Of a DNA stretch of 64,000 nucleotides, positions 51,018 through 64,000 are shown piece by piece. Positions within the stretch are counted from its first letter, which is position 1. Every line of letters starts with the position of its first letter. The stretch is from Euglena gracilis (lineage: Eukaryota), in NCBI GenBank assembly GCA_039621445.1, contig CP154954.1, positions 12,890,716 through 12,954,715 of the forward strand, written 5' to 3'. A model generated the notes under the pieces. That model made no database searches, was not told the origin of the DNA, and saw only the letters and a list, made by a program, of their open reading frames with translations. Made by a program: the position numbers and the translations under genes.

Positions 51018-52904
51018 TCCAGGGCAGGATTCTATTTTTGCGGTAGACTCAAATGAATGCAAAGTTACAATCATTTTCAAAGCCATGTGCGAGTTAGGCG
51101 GCCTAAGACAGCGAAACCTTGTGTTTGATTATTTTCCAAGAAAAATGGTGATACTGCGGCTGGTTTGTTTCATCCTATTGTGGGCTGGTGCCGCCAGCCC
51201 ACCCTGGCAGTCTCTTCCTTCCACCGTCGTGCCTCTGCCATGGCCCGATACGCTCCCCCCTCCGGTCTGCACCGCCAGCGCTGACGGCACCTCCAGCGCG
51301 CCGGGCCTTCCCTCCCCTGGACTGACCCCGTGTGGAAAGCCGTGCAAGACAACTGTTTGCACGTCGCTTTCTTTTGCTCTTTGCCATGAGCAGGTATTAT
51401 TATTATTGTGTATTTTTTTCGAAATTTTGAGGCATTTTAAGACATTTTTTTGAAGACTTTTTATGGCATTTTAAGGTGTTGTTTTCCAGGGTGGTCCAAG
51501 GGTTATCGAACCAATGTTTTTGATTTTGAATGTTCCCCAAAATCAAAACGTCAAAAAACACTTTTTTTTGAGTTTTAGGACAGTAATGTTCCAGCGATGC
51601 CAGAAAATTTTTTCTTCCAAGATTTGGCTCGTTTTTGGCGAGATTTTGCGCTTTGATGCTTGTTTGGTTGGAGAAAATCCTGCCAGTCCAAACTGTTTAA
51701 GGCATTTTCAGACATTTTCAAGAATTTAAAGGTATTTTGGCAACATATTTTCAGGCGCTTTTTAAGGCATTTTAGGTTTTTAAGGCGCCTTAAAAATAAT
51801 AATGTCTGGCCAGGAGGGGGTTGCAGGTGGACAGGGCCAGCTAGACGAGATCAATAAGACAGGAAACACCACAGCAAGCCCCATGAAAAAAAAATAGCCA
51901 CCCAATGTAATCAACCATTTTGTGAGTAACCCCCAAGTTTCAGCAACATTTCGAACTATATTTTGGCCCGACAGCAAACCCCAAACAGAAGGAACCCCTG
52001 GCCTGATGCTATGAAGATAATTTTCATGAAAATTGCATTGGAACGGCTGAAAGAAGCATTCTTTAAATTTGGGCAACCCCCAAATTTAAATCACCCTAAG
52101 CCTTTTTTCGGAAACAAAATATAGGTGACTGAACTGCTTATATTTTTGGGGATTTTGCAATCACAGCAGGTATTTTCCAAGGGACAGGCATTCCTTTCTA
52201 AGACAGAACGTGTCATTGGTTGCCCCTGTCAGGAACACCCAAAACCTTGCTGTGTTTTGAACAGGGAGGTGTTTTCGTGTTGGTTCAGGTGAGGTGTCTC
52301 TCCCCTGAAGCACCCCCCAAGGCTTTTTGTCCCCCTCCTCCTTACATGCACGCCTCCCCCTTGTCACCTTGGACCCGTATTTTAACATTCTGCCTTATCT
52401 TGCGCAAGACCCAACAAAATCCTTAACAATACAGATTTGGCCGCTTATGGTTCATCCCTGGCCCTCCCTTCATTTGTGCCCAGGCAAAGCGCCGGGTGGG
52501 GGGGGGAGGTTACGTGCAGAAAACACTGCAATTTTGACAAGGGGGAGTGCAAATTTTTGCACTGCGATGGTTTACATTTTTTTGCAGAGTCCAAAATCGT
52601 AATAATTTAATTTTTTGCATCTTTTTTCGACTTTTTTTTGTGCACGCGACAAAATGAAGTTGCATAAAACATATTTTTAGATCAATTCCATCAGCAGTAA
52701 TTGCATAAGAATGCAATTGGGCAAACCAACAATATCTTTTTTCAAATTCGCGTCACGTGTTCTTTTGTTGCAGCATTTTTGGTGTTTATTTGATTGCTTT
52801 TTTTGAAGAAAAAAATTGCAATAAAATGTCCTTGTTTTTTTTTGTGTCCTTGAAGAGAAAAGTGCAAATCATTGTCCGAAAATGCACCGTGTTCGCATAT
52901 GGTA

Positions 52905-53158
52905 CCCCCCCCCCCCTAGTCGTACGACCACCCCTCATTTACGACCACCCCCCGATCACAGGTTGCAGGTTATGGGGGTGTTACGAACAACTCCACCGGG
53001 CACAGGTTGCAGGAAAATTTTAACACCACTTCACCTATGACCGCCCCCGCATTTACGACCACCCCCGGTCACAGGTTGCAGGTGATGGGGGTGTTACGAC
53101 CACCCCCCCCCCCCCGGTCAAAGGTTGCAGGAACCCGGTCGTATGACTAGGGGGGGGG
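52905..53158. mobile_element. TA-flanked MITE (Tc1/mariner-like)
   Basis: TIR (C)n-TAGTCGTACGACC / GGTCGTATGACTA-(G)n with TA on both sides (52903-04, 53159-60) and internal direct repeats. Confidence 0.75.
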
Positions 53159-56100
53159 TAATGGCTGGTTTGCAGCATTTACACACACACACCAATCACC
53201 CAAAGACACCAGCAATATTTGCGTCCTGTCCCGAGACTTTTTACGAATGGGAACGAGTTTTTACGTGATGGAAATCAGGGGGGGGGGGGGGGGGGGCCCC
53301 CCCAAGGCTCCATCTCTAGAGGAAAGCCCAGGTTAGTATTTTTTGTTTTTTTTGGATTTTATTGAAAAAAAAGTCTTGCACTTTGTTTGATTTTCTTTGT
53401 AAAAAGGTATTTTTGAAAAAATTCCAGCCTCTTGGTCTGAAAGAAAGGGTCATTTCATTTATCATCCCCTGCTTGGTCAGTTTTTTATTTTTGTTTTTTT
53501 TTCTATTTTTTAGTTGTTGGCCCCCTAAAGCCATGTCATCGCTGTCCTGAAGGGCCCCTTGGTTTTGTAGCCACCCCCCATTGTAATTTCAGACTTTTTA
53601 TTTTTTCGAATGGGTTTTTGCATCCACCCGCTTTTGGCCCCACCCTCTTTTGTTAGCCTACGGGGAACAAATGGGTCGTTCCGCTTTTTTGGTTGTGCCG
53701 TTGAGGGGGGGATAGAGGGGCCGCGCTCCGGGCCGCCCCTTTGGGGGGTTGGGGGGCGTGGGGTTTTTAATGGTATTTGGTTGTTGGATTGGGTAGTACA
53801 TGGATGGGCGGCCGACCGTTTTTTTTTTTTGCAAATTCAAGTTTTCCCAAAATGCCGATACATGAGCAGCTCAGGGGTCTGCCCCAATACATCTCTGATG
53901 CAGAAAAGCCCAAAAGGGGTTATTTTTGTCAACTTTTTTGGATTTTCGCAAAAAAAAAGGTCAATTTCAAGCACATTTGCCAAAAAGTGATGTTTGAAAC
54001 TTTCCAAAAAAGGTCAATTTTGAACACTGTTCCAGCCTCTTGGCTGAACCCCCCGGGTGTTCATTTATCATCCCCTGATTCAGTTGTTTTGCCATTAGCT
54101 TTGCTTTTTTTTTTTGCTATTTTCATTTAGGTGGCTCGTTGGCCCCCTAAAGACCATGGCGTCTACATCGCTGTCCTGAAGTTTGCCCCTTGGTCTATTG
54201 TGGCCAACACGAACACAAGAAGAGAGCATTTAACCTCATCCCAGACTTAGACAGCATTTGCAACGTTCCATCCGCCCCCACCCCCTCCTTTTCCCAGGTT
54301 AGCCATACTTTCAACAAAATGCTCTCCTCTCTGTCGCTGCCCTGCGGTGCCGATGTGCGGGTTGAGTGGACGGGCTCCAGAGCGGCTCGGGCGGCGTGCA
54401 GGCGATTGCCGTGTTTAGCCGAAGGTTGGGGTGGTATCAACCTTCCCTGGATGGGTATGCTTTTTATGGTTGCATTGGATTGCATACAATTTGGTAATAT
54501 GCAGCAAAATAGTACGCAGACTCGGTGACCGTGTTTTTGCATGGGTCTGCTGCACGCCATTGTCAAGTGCTTCCACCAGAGAGTGATTTGCAGAAATACA
54601 TACAGATACTCAGGTCAACAATAAGCATTTTTTTTTCAGTTTCATGTCTTTTTTTTACCCTGGAAATTTTATCTTCTTGAAAAGTGCTATAACAGTGAGT
54701 TATTCCCGACCCCACTGTGGGAATAGCTCGGACGGGGGGGGGGGCTGCTCGGGGGGAGCTCCTGTTGGGGGGAGCATTGTTGTTGCTTCAAAAGCATTTT
54801 TTTGATTTGTGTATTCTGGCTTTTCAATTTTTCAAATTCTGTTTTTGGTAGTATGATAAATTTTAATTATTTTGGCAGTTGTGTTTCATTACAATTCAGT
54901 TCAGGGCGTTGCTTAATAAAGTTTGACCCCCCGAAGGGTCCAGCCAGCCAGCAGCCTTTTCCTTGCAGCCTTTTTCCAGCCCCGGACCTCGTTTCCCCCA
55001 TCAATGAAACGTTAACGGACTTTTAGATGTACGGAAGTAGGCTAAAATGGGTCGGAAAAAAGTTGTCTAGGCTCAGCTCCAGCCCAGGACCGTCAGCCTG
55101 CAGCCTTTTTCCAGCCAGCCCAAATTGTTGTTGTCGTTTGGGTGAAGCTGTTTGGGGGCACCATTGGCCTAGTCGGCCCGACCAGGGCAGACTGGAGTCA
55201 ACCAGGGCCGATTTTCAGATCGCCGTAGGTGGGATTATGACCAGGGCGGGGGGAGACGCTGCAGGGGGGTGGAAAATATGCACCGTGCAGTTTTTGCAGT
55301 TTTTTGCAGTTTTCACGTTTTGGGTTTTTTGCAGTTTTTTGCAGTTTTTTGCAGATTTTTTTCTGAAAAAACTGCACACGTGCAGTTTTTTGCTTTTTTT
55401 TTGATCCAGTTTTGAAGCAACCTGAGATGTTTATTTTGTTGTTTTGGTGACAAGTCCACAATTAAACCCCACCCACTTGTAGACCCCCCGGGGTTTATAG
55501 GATCCGTCCCCTTCCTCGGTGGACGTGGACGTCCTGTCCGATGGCAGCGATGATGAGCTGGTGGATGGGGTGTCAAAGACTGAGGAGAGAGGGTGACAAA
55601 ATTGTGCCTCATCCAAAAGACATCTCAATTTGCTGGACAGCACGCTCTGCCGTCGTCATTCGAGGTGCATGAGTGGGTGGACCGATGGATGAATGCAGGT
55701 TCCCACAGAATCTTGTATGTAGGGACCTGCCAGAGACAGCACAGGGTTTCAGTGGCAGCCGGAAGCCAGAGAAGCCAGAGACACGGAGTGGATGTTGAGG
55801 AATTGGGTGCCCGCCTGGAGGGCCGTGCCGAACCAGGTGGTGTGGTCTCAGACGCTGCCACACCACGCGCACCTCGTGCGGCACCGCGTGCACCGCGTCA
55901 CTGTGTCTGCACAGTGTTGGAAGGTTCACTCATTTCCAGCATTTGTTGAATTCTTTTTCATTTTGGCACCTTTGGCCGCTTTTAAACTCCTTTTTCATCT
56001 TTGGTTGTTTGTTGCCAAATTTTGGCTTTTTTGCTTTTTTGAACCATTTATGATGCTACTGTTGGTCATTTTTTTGGTCATTGTTTTGCAATTTCAACAA

Positions 56101-58496
56101 TATTTCAAATTTGAACCTTTTTTTTCAGCCATTTCTTCTGACCTATTGCGGTGGTTGCAGTATGGTGGCATTGGAGTGCCGCTCGTGGTGCATTTGCGGC
56201 ACCATGCGGTGCACAAAACATGTGTCACACGCATTGCTGAAGCGTCCCCACCGCCAAATATGAAAAAAATCAGCTAATTTGTTGTTAGTGAGTGTGAAGC
56301 TTTTCTGCCCCGTTCCTTATCCCACTCCCCATTCTCTGATTTCTTGTTGACACTGCAAGTGAATCTTGTGAAGGGAATAAGCCTGCTGGTGTTTGAAACA
56401 GTAGTGCTGTATATCTAAAAAGTATTGCTGAATATCGATGAATTTAAAATGATGGCATTGTTGATCAGGAAGAGCCTCTCTTACAGGGCGGTGCAGAAAA
56501 TGTGTCAAGTGTCAAGAAGATGCTGTGAGGAGAATGCAAAGATAAAAACATGATTGAAAAAAAATGCAGCTATTTGTTTTCTTTCTTCCCCAAAGGGGGC
56601 TGTTTTCTTACTTCCTGGACGTTCAGAAAGCCAAAAAAAAGGAGATGTGGCCAACAAAACTGAATTTGTCTCACGGTCATGTAGAAAAAGCATTCGTTTT
56701 GTGCTTGAAGCAGGGATTGTCTTACATACAATATGCATGTGATTTGTAAACCATCAAGACAGTGCCGGTTGAAGCCATTTCTTGGTGGTAATAGAGTGGT
56801 AATAGAGTGGGAACACACGGACACCAAGATGGCTCAGATGGAGCAAGTTTTGAAGGATGGGTTAATTTGTTTTCAAATTCAATTTGCAAAAATTCTTTGA
56901 AAGTTGTTGGAAAAAATGGCTCACCGTGGCAAAATGGCAAAGTGGCAAAAAGGGCTAAAATTGAACTCTGGGGATAAATCCTTCTTTCAAATCGTTTTTC
57001 CAGAAATTATATTCATGAAAATTAGACAGTTGGGTTTGTTGTTGTTGAAGCTGGAAAAACAGTGCTGGCTGGACTCCCTGGAGGGTGGGTCTCTGGACCG
57101 GTCTGCACCCAAAAGGAGACAAAAAAGCCCAAAGCCATCTGCCTTGGGTTTTTTTTCAGCCAGTTTATTGATTTAGGCGGCGTAAATTGCCCAAAATTTC
57201 TGACGCTCTGTAAACGGCAAAGGAAGCGGAAATCCGCTTCCAAAAAGGGGCCGGATTTTTTAAGTTTCTTTCAGAGGTCCCGATTTCGGCCAATTTCAAT
57301 GGACGTTTGGTTTGCAGTAACAAAGTCCTATAAAGTCGAAAATGCACCCAAAATGACCATTTTTTTCTCAAATTGTATGAAAATGAACGAAATCGGTAGG
57401 GAAAATACAAAAAACAAAAGGAAAGTTCAGATTCACACCTGGTTTCTGCTGTCGTCGGCGTGGAAAGAACGCAAACCCCCCTGCAAAGAGGGGAAAACAG
57501 AAAAACACAGAAACAGGAAGCGGTAAATATTGCATTGCGCTCAAAAGCTGGAGATGTGCAACGGAAAGTGAACACAAGCAATAATATGTGATGTAATGTG
57601 GACAAAATATATGCATATTTTTCGCAAAACAAAAACCACTTTGAAAAGCATCAGAAAATTATAGTGTAAAATGGAATATTGATATCTGACTCCAACCAAA
57701 CAATATTTTATTATTCAAAATATCGTGTGCTAAAAAAGTAGATAGCATGGTACATTCTCATTCTCAGACAAATTCCCAGAGCTCTGATGGCCAAAAAATG
57801 AACGAGAATGTCACAAGCATCATTGTGTGGTTTTAAAGCATGATTGTTTTGTGTTGGCATACCCTCCTTAATTATTTGCTGGCTAGCGCCGACCATGGCT
57901 GGAGCACCAAATTCAGAATGAACAATGGAGCTATCAGGAGCCATGTAAGAAACCACATGCACAGTAGCCTGGGGCTGCTGAAGCTATTGCAATCCCATCA
58001 CCGCCAGTTGGCCGTCCAAGTCGGCAGAGCTTTTGCAGATAGTTGGTACGGTGTATTTAGGTGTATTTAATGGCATTCAATTTTGTTTTGATCTTTTATG
58101 CCATACAGGGCGTTTCAAGGTGCCAACCTGCTTTGATTGACCCAGTTCGATTGAACCCAATGTCTGTGATTGAGCATTTATGCAACTTTTTGATACGCCG
58201 CCGTTGTGTGACGAAAAAATTTGCCTTCCCGTTCAAACGTGTCTCGTTCTTGGTTTCTTTGTGTATTTTTTGTAGCATTTCGCCGGGCAAAAATTCATTA
58301 CAGCAAAGTGTGAAACGTTCCATGAGTCATCCCCATTTTATTGTTCCAAAAAAGCAAGGGCTCTTCAAGGACAATAGGACATCCCCACCGACAGCTGATT
58401 TCATGTCCGTCAGCCCCAGGCTTCATTCCCTGCCTGATATTTCCCACTGCAGTGCAGGGTTCTCCTGTGATGTAACAGAGTGGTTATGAGGATATC

Positions 58497-58503
58497 CCTC
58501 CCT

Positions 58504-58590
<87 letters not shown>
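58497..58590 (+). repeat. (CT)n microsatellite
   Basis: Direct reading. The paralogous site in copy A has a short CT tract and a long GT tract instead. Confidence 0.97.
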
Positions 58591-58592
<2 letters not shown>

Positions 58593-61500
58593 CCTCCTTT
58601 CTCATTGTGTGTGCGTGTGTGTGTGTGTGTGGTATATGTACGAACATAAATAGTTTGGGCATCCAAAGTCGGGGGACAGGGAGCGCACACTTTGGGAGGT
58701 TCATTATTTGATAAAAAAAATTCATATTGAAAATATTGATTATCCGCACCTTTTGATATTAATTTCATTTTTTTCGATATTTCCGCTTTTTTTGTGAAGA
58801 AGATTGATGTTTTCCCCATTTTTTTTTTGCTTCCCTGTCAGGGGTGTGGGGGAATAAAATTTGGCAAACAAAGTCCCTGACCAGGGTCCATTATTTGGGG
58901 ATATTTGGAAGGGGCGGGCATGGTGGTGATGAATGGTGAAGTTAATTCATAATTATGTGGCAGGGTGACGTTTGTGCCCCCCAAGGTGGTCTCAGGTTTA
59001 TTGAAGGATAGTGTCACGGTTGCAACTTTCTAAGGTCTAAGAGTTCTTTGTAAATTTCTGGACAGCAGTATTTTATAAAAGTTCTGTATGAATTGCACAG
59101 AATGTTTATTCTCGAAAGGGGCAGGTGATTGGTTAGGAACAGGTTTAGGGTTCCCCCCCGTTGGCATTCTTCCCTCCTAGATTTGCTCGATGTCAGACTG
59201 GTTGAGTTCTTGCCAACAGTGTCAGGACAATAAGAATTCATAACAGTAATAGCAATTGTCTTGTGTCAGAAGCAGGCGGCTATTCCATACATTGGGAGCA
59301 GAATGACCCTGTCCTCGCCTTGCACACCCCACTCCCTCCAGCCCCGCAAGCTCAGACAGCAGTGTCGGGACCCACGGCCCATTCGACAGGAGCCCTCCAC
59401 TCACCCCAGTGGTGACCGCACCACCCGTGCGTCCACGGTGGTCGTGCCGCTCCATCGATTGCCACCGACTCCGCCTTATCATGAAAACCACACAACTGCC
59501 AATACTGGAATGCTTGAAGAAATGGAAGGGATTCTTAATTTGAGAAATAGAAAGGCAATGGAGAAATAACTGGTTTCCTCTTACGCTTCCGGGTGCATAC
59601 AGTAATGTGCAGTGTGCAGATGTTTTATATTAAAAAATTTATAATAATATTTCATATCAATTAGTTATTTACAATGTTGTTAGTGATAGCATATACCAAT
59701 TGTTGGAGGAGTGAATTTGTCAAGGACCGTTTTCAGTCAAGGTCAAACCTTGCCTTCTTTGCTTCCGTACTGACAAGTTTTTTTCATCTTTTTTTGAATA
59801 TTTTTTTTCAGGCTCTCAATCAGGTCTCAGGCTTTGTTACGACAGTGCAATTGTGTGTGCCAAACAAATGTGATTGCCGAATTGTATGCCACGCCACAGA
59901 TAGCCCCCCTTCAGGAGAAACCCCCCCATTTCACAGCAGAACCCTCTGACGAGGGCTGCCCCACTGAATTACAAAAAAACCAGGTTTGCTTCTGCAGCAA
60001 TGGTGTCCTGAATCGTACAGTGTCCCCTGGGAATCTATCCCGCCCCTCTCTCTCTCTCTCTATGTGTTTGTGTGCCTGCGCGCATAAGTATTTCTTTCAT
60101 TTGTTGGGATTTCCAAAGTTATCCTTAGGCCGCCCTGAATTAAAGATGTTATTTTCTTGCTGCCCCGAAACGCTTTTTCGATCTCTTTGTGTCACGTTGC
60201 TGAATTTCTTTTCATATTTGATGGTGGGTGGGAAACCCACACTCAAATGGTGTCTTTTGTTGTCATTGCTTTCATTCTCTCGCATGTTCCGTTAGCAGAG
60301 TATATTCAACACTAGCATTTCATCCCCCCCCTCATCATGTCACCCGCATGTCGTACGACCCTGGACTTTGGACTGCAAACCATTGGTCGCATGAAGGGGG
60401 GGGTGACTGTCGTTATCGTTGGATGTGGTGGTGGGAAGGATTTGAACCACCTATTGTGCAATATGAAGTTGAAGTTTTTTTGTTTCTTTCAAATTGATTA
60501 TTTTTTTTAAAGGATGATGGGATGCAGAGTGTCGGATAACAAGGTGTGAAATGGAGCAATTGCAGGATGGACAGCGAAGCGGCCTGCCGCTGATAGCCAG
60601 TCTCCACCTGCTCCCCATGGCCTCGGTGCCCATGCCAGGCTTCTGCCAACCACAACCCTTTCTTTCGTTCATGACCCCTATTCTTTCAACTGTCCCTGGT
60701 TTGATGCCAAGAAAATTCTTCAATAAGAAAATTATTAATGCCAAGTAACTGTCAATATTTCTTGCATTTGAGGAAATAATGAGAATCATTTTTGTAAACT
60801 CGGTTCTATTGTGGCCCAGCCACCCACAACCCCCACCCCAAAAGAAGTTTGGCCAGCTCTTTTCCATTCTTTTCCATTTTTTTACGCCCAGTTGCATGGC
60901 CGTTAGGACATTTGTTCTTTTAATGTATGTTGAAATTGGTATGCCGTTATGCACGTTCCTTTGCCTGCTGTTTAGCGACAGCTCTTCGCAGTTTTTTTTG
61001 TTTTTTTTTATTATATTTTTTCTCAAACAGGAATTTGAAGTCGATTCATTCAGTATTATTTTCAGGCTTGCTAGGAAAACAATTTTCAAAGATTTTATCA
61101 CATTGATTCCAGGGACTGCGCCAACGGACCCCGTGCCATATGCTGACGACACATCCCAGCATCTTCCTCTCGGCCTGAGAATGGAACGCGAAGTGAAATT
61201 TTTATGTTATCCGAAAGTTTTGTCGCCAAAGACATTGGCTGGGCGATGGATAATTCAATAAGGGATGCTCAAAAAGATTGGACATAATAATGTCCTACTA
61301 AAGTTGTGATTGTACACTTGACCCACAACCGCCTTGGGGCAACATTTCGACCTCATTGTGCAATGTGACCCCCCAGGATGTGTATTTGGTTTTTGGCCCA
61401 AAGATTTTGGGGTTCAGCAAAAAGCGTTAAAATGACCCGGGAAAATTTTGTCCATTTTTTTTTCTTTTTTTTTTTTATTGAATTTGGAGTGCTTAAACCC

Positions 61501-64000
61501 AGAGTGACCGACCCCCTGGAGGGATGACTGATTCCTTTCTCTAAAAAACAAGTGACAGACTCGTTGTTGAAAAAGAGGAAGTAACACCCCCAGGTCCGGT
61601 CTTAGGCGGCGCAACGGAATTTTATTTTGCAGTTATGTGCAAATGTTCCCAGCGTTTTTCTGCTAAAATCACTTCCCGCATCTGGGAAAACGCGATACCC
61701 GCTTTAACACTGCAAAAATTGACGCCCCCACTAGCCTTAGTGGGGGCGGGGGTGTGGGGGGGGGGGTTGTGGGGAGGAGTTGGGGGGGGGGGGAGGGGGG
61801 TGTGGTGAGAAACCCGAAATAAATTTTCTCTGTTCCTGTGTGTTTTTTCGGAATCGCTGTGAAATGTGCTTTTTTGGGGGGGTCATTTTTGGGGTCAAAA
61901 AACAATAAAAAATTTGCTCATCAGAGTCCAAAATTGGCATTTTGACTGTTCTGCTGGTCAACTTGTTTCAGGTTTGTGAATGGGAACAGTGGGCAATGTG
62001 CGACGAGGAACGGTTGTATGCAAATGCAATACTGATTTTTTCATCATTTTCACAGTTTATGTAAACCGACATGAAAATGATCGGCCTTCAGAGATTATGT
62101 TCCCACCCGTATGTGTTTCATTTCGGCTTTTCGGCTTTTTGCCATTTTTCTCACATTTTGCTTTTTCGCCGTTTTTCCGACAGCAAAAAAAAAGCTGTTT
62201 CGCCGTTTTCACCGATGGCGAAGTGATTTTTTCGCCGTTTTGACAAATAGCCATTCTGAAAAAAATCGGATTCTGATGGGTGGGAACTTAAGTCATACAA
62301 AATTGCGCATGGTGTGGAGACAAATTTTTTGTCACAGTACGTAATTTACCGAACAGGATGCATTATCTGAGACCGGAGTTTCTTCATTATGCAATAGTTT
62401 GCAATAATCCAGTATTCACAGTGGTTGGTGTGCAAATGTGCGCGTGAATTGTATTTTGAAAAACAACGAGTTCCGGAATTCAAAGTTGCGCATCTGTGAT
62501 ATTCCTGTTAACTGGATCAAAATACCGGCTTTTGTTGCTCTTGTTGCTGCATTTTTGCATTTGTGATGATGCCAGTTTTCCATGGACCTGAAACATGTCC
62601 ACCCCCCCCATTCTGACGACCCAGTCGTAGAGGATAACGTACCGACGACCCCCGGGGGTTGTTGGCAGCCTGGTAGCTGCCAGAACGCCATCACCTGCAA
62701 TTGTGTAACGTGACTGTTGCGAAATCCAGGGGACGAACGGCAGGGGCTTTTGAGGATTTACCATAAGCCTAGTGCCGCTGGTGGGCGTGGTCCGCGACGT
62801 GCACTTGGTTAACCACCTACCAGAGGTCTCCGTTTGGAAATGGACCTGGACCTGAAAAACCTGGTTGTTGGGAAGAGGGTGTGATAGCTGGAGTTGTGCA
62901 CACCCGAAGAAGCTAATGCCAGTGTTGGTTGGGGCGGTACCTGATGGGGTCTGTCTGAACTGGACCAGGTTTTGAATGGTGTTGAGCTCTTAATGGGACT
63001 TGCACGTAATGGACGGCCGAAAAGACTAGCATTGCAAATTTCCCATAAATTATTATTTACAAATTCCACACCTGCAATTTACTGTTACTTACAGTAATCT
63101 TTGAAAGGTTAAGAGGTCAGCGACCCCCTCCCATACCCCTACACCCTAGACACCCCTTTGCGACCGAAAACTGGAGGTTGGAGGGGGGTCCTCCCACCCC
63201 CCCCCTCCCCCGAGATTCCCATACAAGCCTGGGGGTGTTATTCGCTGCCACACTTTACGGATTGGGCCGGAGCCAAGGTCCACAATCTGGCTGAGGTGTC
63301 TCAAGATCAATCCGCTTTTAGTTGTAAAAATTTGATTTTTTTTGATCCTCAATCAAGTTTTGTGGGCAACAAAATTTTTTCTGGACACCCAAAAATTTTT
63401 TGTGGTTCACCTGTGGACACCAAAAAAATTTTGTGGTTCACATGTGGACACCCCAAAAAATTGTGGTTCACATGTCTTTTGTGAACCACACTAAATGTGA
63501 AGGGGCTCATCCCCGCGGCAAATTTGGGGCAGACTCCCGGCCCTTCCCGGGACTCCGGGCCCTTCTCTCCGCTGTGGACCATTTCCCCTCCAGTCTGCAA
63601 CGCCTTGATAAACACCCCAAACACACACTCCTTCCCTCCCATAAACCCCCATCATTTTCCCCTCCAGAAATCACCCAAACAAAATGTAAAACCCGAGATC
63701 TTTGGAGAACGAAGATGGACCGTTTATTCCTCCTCATTTCACCCGTCCTCATTCCTGCTGACGGTGACGAAAACCGAAATGCAACAGAAAAGAGATTTTC
63801 CCCCATTTTCATCCCCACACAAAAAAAATAAAATTCATTTGACCCCCACACCCCACACATGCTGCTTCAGAAAGTAAAAAGAAACTTGTTTTTGCCCCAC
63901 AGCCCGTGCAGAATTTTTCTGTGGTGGCGTTGAAAACATATTTTTGAGATTGTTTTTCATTTTCGTACACGACAGTTTAATGAACATTTTTTTTACAAAT

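Larger units (their letters stand above)
38733..64000 (+). repeat. Segmental duplication, copy B
   Basis: Same anchors as copy A in the same order; runs to the window end. Confidence 0.85.

Noticed and set aside
61138-61149. YADD reverse-transcriptase motif in ORF 60779-61261
   Set aside because: Flanks lack RT context and copy A reads YADT.

Overview
Repeat-dense eukaryotic DNA with no intact protein-coding gene I can support. Most ORF-track entries fall on microsatellites, homopolymer-rich MITEs or decayed retroelements. The organism cannot be proven from the sequence; the many CAGG...CCTG-ended inserts suggest a euglenid-like protist (inference only). Two diverged, collinear copies of one backbone (A about 1.65-34.5 kb; B about 38.7-64 kb, with a partial third copy inside B) have each gained different insertions, so one copy often shows the empty site of the other's insert. 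Best-supported discovery: a very young minus-strand miniature LTR retrotransposon (47868-49582, LTR-I-LTR-I-LTR). It has TG..CA ends, a 5-bp TSD, an initiator-Met PBS and a PPT. Each LTR carries a tRNA-derived A/B-box module, and the sense strand has no TTT, so it looks like a tRNA analogue of 5S-bearing Cassandra elements. Also present: hAT-type MITEs whose 8-bp TSD and CAG/CTG ends match euglenid non-conventional intron geometry; a CRE-like non-LTR relic with a canonical 2A motif; a Penelope-like RT relic with a downstream GEAxNPG motif; a Ty3/Gypsy RNase H relic; a 5 x ~870-bp tandem array; and several mini- and microsatellites.
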